Shown: positions 43,265 through 53,870 of the stretch, in pieces
Layout: each line of letters opens with the position of its first letter
Numbering within the stretch: the first letter of the stretch is position 1
Source of the DNA: Amphiscolops sp. MND2022
Taxonomy: Eukaryota
Direction: 5' to 3'
Assembly: GCA_964187785.1 (NCBI GenBank)
Contig: OZ076416.1
Coordinates: forward strand, 27,776,001-27,840,000
DNA length: 64,000 bases
Position numbers and translations under genes: made by a program
Notes under the pieces: generated by a model
What the model was told of the DNA's origin: nothing
The model's database searches: none
Seen by the model: only the letters and a program-made list of their open reading frames with translations

Positions 43265-44847
43265 AGGGAATGAGTGCCAGCACAACCAATTCAATACAAT
43301 TTCATAGCCGAGCAAGCGATGTAGCTCAACAAGTAACACACAGTGCACTAGACTTTTTTGAAAAGCCTCCAGTCTTGATCAATTACGAAGGGTCCCACGA
43401 CCAAGAAGTTTTTCCACAAGTGGGGTGTCGAGGACCACAACTGGATATTGTAGTTACCTCCGACAATAGAAACCTGGTTGATTTGAACAAAATAGTCTTG
43501 GACATCGACTGTGCCATCTATAAAGCCGATGGGAAAACGCCTGCCGAAGAAGTTCTTCCTGTATGTTTTGCAAACAACACGCTACATAGTTTGTTCTCTC
43601 ACGCCGAGGTTTATATTGACGGCATATTGGTTTCATCGAGCAACAATACATACCACCACGCAGCATTCATCGAGACGGAAATGACGACCGACCTTGATGC
43701 GAAAGCAACTTGGGCTCGATGTCAAGGCTACGAGTACCAGGCAGACAAAACATCAGAGGAAGAGTTAGCCAAGTGGAAAAATGAAAAATACGAGCAGGCA
43801 AAAATCTCGAAAAACAAATTACGACTGGTTGGAGCGCCCCATATTGACTTTTTCGAATGTGAAAAAATTCTTTTGCCAGGAATAACACTTCACATACGCC
43901 TCCACAGATCAAGCAACGGCTTTGTACTAACATCTCTGGACAGCAGCAGCAGTGATGAAAAATTTGTTGCAATTATTGAAAGGGCATCACTGTTCGTCAC
44001 CAAAATGGTCGTGAAGGACTCTGTGCGAATGTCCATAGAAAAGGCATTGGTAAGTGGTCCTGCCCATTATCCCTACATTGAGACATTAAAAAGTTTCATC
44101 ATTCAAGCAGGACAAAACAGTTTCGTGAAAGAAAATATTTTTGGAACGGAACCAGTCAGACGTCTCACTTTGTGCATGATAACAAACGAACAATTCCGAG
44201 GAACTAGGAACGCTGATGCCTTCCATTGTAAACCGTTTGGCTTGCAGAGACTAGAAATTACTCGTGGAAATGGGGTCCCAGTTCCAGGTAGTCCGCTGGA
44301 CATGAGGAATGGAAAAATGCGAGCCTTTTACAACACAATATGTTCACTTGGTTTTGCTGCGGGTAAAGGAGGAAACGGAATCGCTCGCAAAAATTTTGAC
44401 GTTTTGGTAAAAAAAAGCAAAAATCATTTCGTTTTGGTATTCGATCTGACCTCTAGCAGAGAAGCCTCCAAAAGTCTCACCTTATTTCCTGAACTAACAG
44501 GAGGTAGTCTCACGTTGAAGTTAACTTTTGAGCAACAATTGGAACAAACAATTGAGCTCTTCCTCATTGCGGAAAAATTTAGTCAAATTTTCATTACATC
44601 CGAAAGAACAGTTCTCAAAAACACGGTATTGAAGCTGTATCAAGTCACACTAATGGACACTTGGGCTCTACAAAAACTGGCACTCAAATGTAATCATTTG
44701 ATAGAAACATTTTGGGGAGTTTGGAGTGCAGACAACTTTCCTCTGATGAACGAGGACGACGCATCACCGTCATTTCAAATTGTCAACACTGAAGCTAGCA
44801 ACAAACCCGGAAAGCACTGGGTTCTACTATGCAAAAGAACTAAATAA
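43261..44847 (+). CDS. Major capsid protein (double jelly-roll type), read in frame into the protease N-terminus
   Basis: LDFFEKPP..., NNTLHSLFSHAEVYIDG..VS.SNNTY...FIET motifs typical of Polinton capsid proteins. Confidence 0.85.
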   Translation: MKGMSASTTNSIQFHSRASDVAQQVTHSALDFFEKPPVLINYEGSHDQEVFPQVGCRGPQLDIVVTSDNRNLVDLNKIVLDIDCAIYKADGKTPAEEVLPVCFANNTLHSLFSHAEVYIDGILVSSSNNTYHHAAFIETEMTTDLDAKATWARCQGYEYQADKTSEEELAKWKNEKYEQAKISKNKLRLVGAPHIDFFECEKILLPGITLHIRLHRSSNGFVLTSLDSSSSDEKFVAIIERASLFVTKMVVKDSVRMSIEKALVSGPAHYPYIETLKSFIIQAGQNSFVKENIFGTEPVRRLTLCMITNEQFRGTRNADAFHCKPFGLQRLEITRGNGVPVPGSPLDMRNGKMRAFYNTICSLGFAAGKGGNGIARKNFDVLVKKSKNHFVLVFDLTSSREASKSLTLFPELTGGSLTLKLTFEQQLEQTIELFLIAEKFSQIFITSERTVLKNTVLKLYQVTLMDTWALQKLALKCNHLIETFWGVWSADNFPLMNEDDASPSFQIVNTEASNKPGKHWVLLCKRTK

Positions 44848-45109
44848 GGTATAGGTGCTATCATATTTTGGGATAGCTTGGGAAAAAGGCCGAGAAAATA
44901 CAAGGTATTGTTCGAACGATTGAATGAAATTTATAAAAAAAATTGTTGTATTCAACCATCCTCTTCAGAGCAACTATTCAAATTGCTGTGGTTTGTATTG
45001 TATACTTGCTGCACATTACTTACGATTATCGGAAAATAACAAAGCAGCTGCACAAATGCTCCCAAAGAAGATGGTTGATGAGTGTTCATTAAGTCGTTTT
45101 ATAAATTAA
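44653..45109 (+). pseudogene. Adenain-like cysteine protease
   Basis: IVNTE...PGKHWV (His), FWDSLG (Asp), LQSNYSNCCGLYC (Gln/Cys). TAA at 44845-44847 and a frameshift in the A8 run at 44935-44942. Confidence 0.85.
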
Positions 45110-46197
45110 GAGTTGATGTTAGAGAAGTAGGTTATTCAAATGCATGTCTATCATTCAGTAGCTAAACTTGAAAAGATTCTCAGTTGTGTTAATTATATAA
45201 CAAGAAGAATACTTGAGTTCACCAAAGTTGAACGAAAGGCGAGTTATCAAGGTTCATCGACAAATAAAGACAACTGAGAAGAAAATTTGAAGTCCAACTT
45301 TAATTGGCATTGCATAATTAATTACTTCTAGGCAGACTCGTAAATGACCAGATTCTCAGTTATGTTTATTCGATAGAGAAAAGATCGTTTAGGTTCATTA
45401 TTGAAGTTGAGCTGATGTCAGCTTATCAGGGTTCATTAGCTTATTTGGACAATGTGTGAAACAGTTTTGACATTATCGAAATGAACTCGGAAAAACTTCG
45501 GGCCCTTTGAAAAACAAAGGTGTCGAAAAATTTGAAAAGTGACAAAAGATGAGATAAAAGTCGGCTGGAAAGGAGTATAAAAGGTGCACACTTGGAATAT
45601 ATCTTCATTGAAGTTCCTGTGGAAAAACGCTCAATATTGGTTTTTAAAACTCTGCATCGTTGAAATTTCCAAATCATCAACCATGAACAACTTCTTTTCA
45701 ATATTGATTCATGAATCAAGAGAGGTCACGGTCCGGGAAACACGAAAACCCAGACAAGAGAGCAGCATCGAAATAAAGGTCCCCAAGAAGCGAGTGGACG
45801 AATTTGGCGAAGCTGGCGGGTGATCGGCACCGAGGCTTCCTTCCCTGAGAAGGCCTTCACGAAACTGATGAGAATCAATTGGACAATAATTTTCTTCGGG
45901 ATGCTGGGCAACGGTGAATTGCCTCAGGAGATGCTGGTACCGACCCCCGCCGACGAGGACGCAGGGCTCCGTATGGAATCCCGTTTCACGTCAACAATTT
46001 TCTCTGAAGTCGGTAAGCATGAACATTATAAATAGGATTACTGTTGGTCAAAGAGAGAGGGACTCAGGCAAATTAGTCTTGAATCGAGCTTGAAAGATCA
46101 CTAACATATTCAGTGCAACCCTTTTCTTTGGCGCTTGTGCCTCACAAGACGATGAATTTATCAAGATGCGTGATGACTTAGGTTGTATTGAAGTGAT

Positions 46198-46683
46198 TTG
46201 TTTCAATTCGATAACACTGTTCTCATTTCATGTTTAGGAGAGAAGACAGCATTCAGGGCGTCAGTGAACATATACAACTTGAACATACATACAAAGAAGA
46301 GTGTGTATGTTACAATGAAGGCCTTCCGTTGGGAGCCCGAATGGTCACAATTCAATCGAGTTGGGCAAGTGATTACGCTGCATCATTGTGAGATGATGCG
46401 GCTGATTACGGAATATAACACCTATCTGGATAGAATTGTCGCTCCTTCTGGTAAGCCAACGGAAGAGAGCACTTGCGAGGAGGAAGACCGACCCTTGTCA
46501 CTACTGAAAGCTGGGACGTCAAAGCGCACTGAAAAGACAGGATCTTCCTCCTCACAAGTGCAAAAGAAAATACCAAAAAAAACGGCCCTTGCGGAAGGGA
46601 CTTCAACAACGCCCGCAGTTGATGCCCCGAAGGAGACCACTAGCGAAGAAATCACTATCGAAGATAGTGAGGATGAAAACTAA
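46198..46683 (+). CDS. Polinton hypothetical protein with acidic/low-complexity tail
   Basis: 161-codon open frame in the element orientation. No ATG start is evident. Confidence 0.4.
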   Translation: MFQFDNTVLISCLGEKTAFRASVNIYNLNIHTKKSVYVTMKAFRWEPEWSQFNRVGQVITLHHCEMMRLITEYNTYLDRIVAPSGKPTEESTCEEEDRPLSLLKAGTSKRTEKTGSSSSQVQKKIPKKTALAEGTSTTPAVDAPKETTSEEITIEDSEDEN

Positions 46684-47884
46684 TTGTATAGTTACAAGTG
46701 ATTCGTATTATTTTATTCAGTACCTGATTGTATATTGTTATATTACCTCAAAGTTTTTCTGCTAGTTAGCAAATGAGACATCAAGTTCGAAAAATACATC
46801 AACTATTTCGAGTAAAAACAGTGAAAAAAAAGTCATCATGAGAGCGGGTTTTCAAAGTGACTGCGATCAGAATCGATCCGCGTTTAAAATACATTTCAAA
46901 TTTTCAAATTGATCTAAAGATGAAAATTGAAGTACGGAAATGTGCGAAAGTAGAAATTCATTTTTATTCCAAAATTGATTTGAGCAAAACCCCTTGCTCC
47001 AATGCTTACTAAACGCGCCGTGCCGGCGCGCTGTTCCTTGCGGCCCAATATTACGACTTACATGAATTCCATCGTGGTCTACACCACTAGGCCACAGGCG
47101 CACTGATTTAGAATGAAATTGAAAGACTGTAATTAGCTGCGAGAACAATTAATAAAAGCGATGAAAGCAGTATTAGGAATGAGAAACATCAAATAGAATT
47201 AAATTGAGAATACAGCTATTCGGTGTGGTGGCCGTTCAAACTTCGATGACATTGAATAACTCTACGGTTGAATTGAAACACCATTGCAATTCAATCATTC
47301 CAAAGCACATAGCATTGAATAAAATCAAACATTGGAAAGAATGATTAGCAGTAACACTTACATCGATAGTTCGAGTTTGTATAAATCGAATAAGTTCAAT
47401 GTTAAACAGAAATTTGCGAAAAATGCAGAATTTTGTGGAAAAACAATAGGGAGAAACGAAAGTGTGCGAATACCCCTACCAACGTATACTACTCTTGACA
47501 CTTTGAAATCCTTTTGCTATTTTTGAGCCTTAGATATGGCGTCGACTTGTTACCCATCTGGTAAGAGCTGTCAAATTATTAAAGTTCAAAAACTCCTGAA
47601 ACTACTCAATTGTGGCAAAAAGGAAGAAAGCTTACAAAACGCCAAGGCGTGTTAATTCTTTGCATAAACATTTGACGAAAGTATCAGAAGCGAGCGAAAG
47701 TCTCAGATTTTGATCTGAAGTACAAATGCAATTTTTGTTTCGAAATCGAATGAAAACTGTTTTTTCACCCAGCCTGTCGTACTGTATCTTGAAACACACA
47801 TGTCTCAAGAAAAAATGTCAAGAGCTTCCTTTGTCTTGACTGACTAAAAACTCTATCTTTAAGGATTAAAGCCACCAGCTAGTC

Positions 47885-48460
47885 AAACAAGCCGGGACCG
47901 GCCCAAGTCGGAGCCATATCTAAGGCTCAAAAAAAGCAAAAAGACTTCTAAGTGTCAAAGTATTCTCTTGTACAGCACCCAAAATTTTTTTTTGGAAAAT
48001 GTCTCACAAAGCCGAAAAACAATTGACAGGGGGACCCTTTGGGATTTTTCAACATCCATTCTGGCGCAAAACTCCAAACAAATTGGAGGACCCTTTGAGA
48101 ATTTTTTTCCCGGAAAAAGTCGCAATGCCGAAAAAAACTGAAAAGGGGGACCCTTTGGTCTCGTCTGGTATTGTATGTTACACGGTAAACATATTTGGTT
48201 CAGTTCCCTGGGCCAACATGGGCAATTTAAAATTTTGTAGAACTGTTGGTAGAACTATTCTGGTCACTTCAGGTGTATCAAATAACAAGCCGGGAACGGC
48301 CCAAGTCGGCGCCATATCTAAGGCTCAAAAAGACTCGAAAACGAAAACCACTTTTTCTACAACTGGAGACAACAAAAGCTCTCAAAAAACTAACAAGCCG
48401 GGATCGGCCCAAGTCGGCGCCATATCTAAGGCTCAAAAATAGCAAAAGGACTTCAAAGTG
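47885..48460 (-). mobile_element. HINE-like family A cluster with three 3'-end modules
   Basis: CAAGCCGGGAxCGGCCCAAGTCGG(A/C)GCCATATCTAAGGCTC at about 47887, 48286 and 48394. Confidence 0.65.
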
Positions 48461-48561
48461 TCAAGTACAGTACCCGCATGAGGAAAAAATTGAAACACAG
48501 AGGCGATATATTATTTTAATCGCATGCGTATATATTCAACAGTTCAACTTTGTTCAATAAC

Positions 48562-48632
48562 GTCCCTATGGCACAGTGGTCAACACTTATGCCGTGCAAT
48601 CGGGAGGCTGCAGGTTCGAATCTCTCTGGGGT
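48562..48632 (+). repeat. tRNA-derived (SINE-like) segment, copy 2
   Basis: Near-identical to 4577-4648, including about 170 bp of shared flank. Confidence 0.55.
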
Positions 48633-49826
48633 TTTGGCTTTTTTCTAAAAGGCGCTCATTATGAAGTTGACTATACTGGAAAAAAACTTACTTAGCTGGA
48701 CTGCAATGCACATTGACTTCGTCATGTGCAAAAAATCCCATTTTTTTCGAAGTTTTTTTTCAAAATTTTTTTGGTCTCCGATAAGTCGCATAGTGCCGAA
48801 AAATGTAAAAGAGACCTCAAAAAGCCCAATTAAGTTCTATCTCAAGTGCCAGTAGAAGTAGTGTGGCATTTAGTGTTAGTTCAAGTCAGCTTATAAAGCT
48901 TATAAAATCTGTCAGTTCGTTGGTCTTAAAAAAAGAAGTCACTACTATAGTCTGCGTTTTTCTACGAAAAGCGCCGACTAAAAATTGAGAAAAAAATTTC
49001 CGATTTTTTTTCGATTTTTTTGAAGTTTCCGGTAAGTCGCATAGTACCGAAAAATGTAAAAGGGGGGACTTTGGGATTTTTTGAACATCCATTCTGTGGC
49101 AAAATATCAAAAATTGATGGGAGGAACAATAAGAAAAATTTCGGAAAAAAATCAGTCTCACAGTGCCGAAAAAAGGAGGAAAGTCTCATAGTGTCGAAAA
49201 AAGTGGAGCCTACTGCTTTGGAATGGCTTTTTATCTCATGTTAGAGGCTTTGGATGCGTTGAAAATGAAGTACTAAGTACATATGGTAAAAGTTGGTAAA
49301 TGTGCATTACTGCACAAAAAGTGGACGTTTCGCGTTGAACTGACGAAAAAAAACTAGCCACTGTAAGAGTCGGGATTTTCTTCGAAAACGCCGACTAAAA
49401 AAACACTGACGAAAAGCCATGACTATTGTCGGCTCTTTTCAAGAAAAGCGCCGACAAAAAAATGTTTTGTTGCAACTGAACTACAAGTTTTTGGCTGTTT
49501 GGTCTCATGACCACTGGTTTCTCCGCAACTTTGTAAAACGAGTACCCAAAAATTTTGGCCATTTCAAATTTTCTGCTATTGAAACTGACATAATTCTCAA
49601 CTTTTCCAGAGGTTAGTTCTACGGAATACAACTCACCGAAGTCGGCTCATTGCAACAACAGCGAATTTTCAAAAAAAAAAACATTTTCGCAAACAATGGT
49701 TTTGACACTGCCCACGGATATGGTATCGACTAGCATCATTAAGAGATGAAAAGTTCATGTTTAAAAGACAGTTGGTGTAAAGTTTTGGTTATCAGAACAT
49801 GCGCTGATAATAAATCAGAAACGTAC

Positions 49827-50034
49827 CACTGAATTGTGATATTCGTCGTGACGTGGGGAAAACTTATGCTCATAGTTTTCATGGCCTAATTGAGCACTGG
49901 AGCTTGTATCGGCAGACCTAGGCCTCTTGTCTACGGGAGTAGTGGGTTTGCTGGGTACAACATAGCCGCGGTAGCCCCCATTGTTGTACAAATCTGTCAC
50001 AGGACCTGATAAACGTCGCCTAGCATTCGTGCTT
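49827..50034 (-). CDS. Candidate upstream exon of the LITAF-like gene
   Basis: TTTCAG acceptor, GTACGT donor and an open frame. Its phase-0 end matches the phase-0 start of the 34958-35238 exon. Confidence 0.4.
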
Positions 50035-50639
50035 CTGAAACACACTGATACAATGATGAAACTTCAGAATGAAAATTGTGAGTAGGTTCAAAGGGTACTC
50101 CGGTGCTCCAATAGTATTTGCTTGACAAATACTTTGATCGTGAGTTAGAGTTGAAGCCTAAGTGAACAACGTCGAGCTAAACAACCTTGAAGCAGCAATA
50201 AACGATGCAGTATAGAAGATCAAGGTCAAAGATGGACCAATTCCTGAATCCTATCTTCACACCTGAGTATTATCTTCAGCATCTGAGTTGAACAGAAAGA
50301 ATTGGAGCCACTTAGAACATCAGTTTCGAGGTAATTTTTGAGACAAAGTCAGTTACATACATACCAGATACGTCTATGTTACCTATATTATGCTAGAGCA
50401 GATAGGGTCTGCTGCTGAGTTGAACAGAGACCGCTATGATAGTACATTGGACTCCTTTAACACGTGCATAAAAAGCCACCGCATGTTTTAATTCATAACT
50501 GCTCGCACAGGAGTTTTATAATGGGATTTTTTTTCGGCCGAAAAAGTGTTTCCTGTTTATTTTAACGTTAAATTTTCATCTTAAATCTAAAACAGAATAT
50601 TCAAATACTTGAAATACACTACAAGAAAATCATTCAGAA

Positions 50640-51000
50640 CAGGGTTTTGACATCGCTAATTTCTTCCGCTAATCGGTAAACCGCTAATCTGAAAATCGCT
50701 ATTTCGCTGAAAAGCTTTTTCTGCAAACTATTAAATGTTTAGCTGCAACTATGTTTCAAATTAACTTATTCGGTTTTCGGAAGAGAAAAGACTAGAATTT
50801 TTTATACTGTGCGTGTTTTACAAGGGTAAGAGTTGGAATTTTTCCGAAATTCATTTTGAAACACCGTTTATACACAGAAGAAATTTTGAATTTGGAGGGT
50901 CTGTTAGTTACCGCTAATTTGAATCGCTAATGAAATCGCTGAAAAATTCCTGCGCGGCCGCTAATTCGCTAAATCGCTGATTCGCGGTGTCAAAACTCTG
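50640..51000. mobile_element. hAT-type MITE (361 bp)
   Basis: TIR CAGGGTTTTGACA / TGTCAAAACTCTG, 8-bp TSD ATTCAGAA (50632-50639 and 51001-51008). Homologous to 10625-10951. Confidence 0.88.
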
Positions 51001-52941
51001 ATTCAGAATCATGCTTCTTATTATTTATCTGTTTGTTGGTACAAATGAGTACTTCAAACTCGACAAATGAAAAATGACGAAGAATGAAGATCGACAATTT
51101 TTTCGCGCGTAGAACCAATTTTGTAATCAATTGTTTCCGACCCGTCAATCTCCAGGTGGCAAAAAAGCAGAAATTATCAACAGATATCTCGGATATCAGC
51201 AAAAATTAGGCATTTCTACCATTAAGCAAAACGAAATCGAAGACCCTGAAGAAAAACAATAACCCAATATATTCATAATAGTATTTTTGAGATCTTTGAT
51301 TCTGTTTTGTTTGAGTTCATCATTGAAACAAAACAAAAAAATCCAAAATCATCGAAGTGCAAGCTACAAATACGTTTCATCGAATAAGACAGAAACTGGG
51401 TTACAAAAATGGCATTTCGAGCCATTGCAAATATTTTGCTTTCATGATTTCTTCAAAAACAAAAATTCTTATGCGCGTCATAAGCGTTTTATAAATGTAA
51501 AGCATGATAACCCTGATTCCATAAGAGCAGACAGGGAAGATAAGGTAAGAATGGTAAGAAAACATAGACCAAAAAGGTAGACTAGACACCTACTGATTTT
51601 GCCGCTGTTCGTTGTGATGTTGAGCTGTTGCTAACGCTGCTATCATTTAGAAGCAGCTTTTAGAATTTCCCAGTATGTTCTCTCACTGATGCCACATGAC
51701 AGCAAATATTAAGCACCAACTAAATTGCTGAAAAAGTTTCAGACTAATCAGCAGTTTCATCAAGAGTCTCACGCCCCGCCCCTAGTAATGTCAGAGCGCT
51801 AAAATTGGTGCCCCGACTCAAACAAAGACGTTACTTTTGTTGTAGTCATTTTATAGTCAAACTGAGAGATATAATTTTGAAACCAAGTAAAGTTCTTTAA
51901 ATTTCACACTTTCCTAGCGTTATTGTACAGCTAGCCGGTGAAAGCCCGCTATTGAATAAACGAATTGATTTCTTTGACTTTTATACCTGGCAAATACCTT
52001 GTTTAAGCTTAACAAAGAGAAGTGAACTCTTTTCTATTTTCCGCAACGACCAAATCTTTGAACAGACTTTTTGAAAAACTTCAAATTGACGATGTTAATT
52101 ATGAAATCTTTTAAAATTTTTCGCAAGCTAGACAAGTATAAAAATTCGAAGAGGTAGGTCCTTTATACCAGATAACGTACCCAGCATCGAGTACGAGATA
52201 CTCGGTTACGAATGTACTGCGTATACTATTCTACAAGTAATTATTAGATTACAAAAAAGATGTCACTCAGAAGCACCTTTCTTTTTTGGAATATGCCCCT
52301 GAGGGGAAATTAATGGTCCGATACGAACTGGCGACGGTTCATGAACTCTACTTGTAGGAGCTTTTCAAATTCATCGTAGACTATTTGCTCGGCCTTATGC
52401 CACAACTTTTTCAGAGGCTATGACACAGGAAACGAGCAGCTAGTGTGTGTGGTTCACGGCTTAGATATGTACTAATGCTTGTGGGACACAACTGCGTTTT
52501 TTTAAACAAAAAACAATTTGAGGATTGTTTAAATGATTTTAAATGTTTTCGTATTTATGTTTTTTGTTGTGCTAGAAACTTTTACAATAAGGAAGACCTC
52601 TTTCAAGTGGCCTTTCTCAGAAATCGGGTACTTTGATGTTTCGAAATAAGGAAAGAAGTTTTCGAAAATTGGCAATGTGAATTCAACAAAATTATCTCAC
52701 AAAAGTGTCCCTCAGTATAGTTATAACCAAATACTCTGCTTCAACTTTGAGCGGGGTGGCGACTTGGACAGTTTACGGCTTATTATGTCGTTAACAAATA
52801 CGGAGATTTACACAAAGAAAAGCGTGATTTTCTCAAGATGCTCGCGTTATTTGTTTCTTATTGACAAAAAGAAAAGCGATCAATTATTTACCAAATCAAG
52901 CCTAATTGTTGTGATAAACTTATTAAATAGTTTCAGAGACG

Positions 52942-53811
52942 ATGACGATGCAAGCTAGTGATTTGACGAACGAGACTGAAGTCAATCTACCCTGTGAGCC
53001 ACCGCAATTGAGATACCAGGATCAAACTCCTCTCGGCAAACAAGATTCAAAAAGAATGAGAAGCGAATTGAGCCCAATATCAGAGTTGAGCAACTTGGAT
53101 AATATTGAGAAACTTGTTGAGGCCGGAGTCGAAAAGAGTCTACAAAAGCATTTCTCCCAATTATCTGACCAATTGATTAACCAAATGAGGATACTCTTGG
53201 ACGAGGCTGTCAAGTCAATCAAAACTGAGTTGCGAAGTGAGATGATATCTATGGAGAAGAGATTAGAACTGAAAATGAAGTCAGAGGCAGAGTTGCTGGA
53301 AAGTTATAATCGACGAGAGAACATCCGCATCATTGGTGTGCCGGAAGAATTCAAGAAAAATAAAGATGGAAAATTTATTGGTGAAGATTCTGAGAAAACC
53401 CTAGAAAAAGTTATTGGCATAGCTAACGAAGCTGACACGAATGTTTTGCCCTCTGACATTTCCATCACTCATCGACTACCAGGTCGCAATGGGAAACCCA
53501 GGCCTATAATAGTCCGATTTTCAAGACGTGTAGCACGATTGGAGATGTTGAGGAAGAAAAAAAGCCTGAGAGACAAGGAGCACACAAACGGAGTTAGCAT
53601 ATTTGAGGATCTCACCCAACCAAGAGTACAATTTTTTAACCTAATGAAGCAAGACAATAGAATACAATCCGTGTGGACTCGCGAAGGTGCTATTTATTTT
53701 GTTTGGAAAGGCAATGAATATGTTCATAAAGTTCATGGTTTGTATGAAGGTGGTGATCTGTTGAACTATTCTTTTGATGCTGTTGAAAATTGTTTTCGGC
53801 GAAAGGAGTAG
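52942..53811 (+). CDS. LINE ORF1p (coiled coil plus L1/transposase_22-like RRM)
   Basis: RRENIRIIGVPE...HRLPGR..KPRPIIVRF...IFEDLT. Confidence 0.85.
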   Translation: MTMQASDLTNETEVNLPCEPPQLRYQDQTPLGKQDSKRMRSELSPISELSNLDNIEKLVEAGVEKSLQKHFSQLSDQLINQMRILLDEAVKSIKTELRSEMISMEKRLELKMKSEAELLESYNRRENIRIIGVPEEFKKNKDGKFIGEDSEKTLEKVIGIANEADTNVLPSDISITHRLPGRNGKPRPIIVRFSRRVARLEMLRKKKSLRDKEHTNGVSIFEDLTQPRVQFFNLMKQDNRIQSVWTREGAIYFVWKGNEYVHKVHGLYEGGDLLNYSFDAVENCFRRKE

Positions 53812-53870
53812 CAATTACGTCGTAAATGTTTAAGAACCGGTTCCTCGAAGAAACATGGAACAGAAACTAA

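Larger units (their letters stand above)
35490..47493 (+). mobile_element. Polinton/Maverick (adintovirus-like) element, 12,004 bp, no pPolB gene
   Basis: Perfect 47-bp TIRs starting AGTAGTAT (35490-35536 and 47447-47493), 6-bp TSD CTTGAC (35484-35489 and 47494-47499), plus ATPase, integrase, penton, MCP and protease ORFs. Confidence 0.95.
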
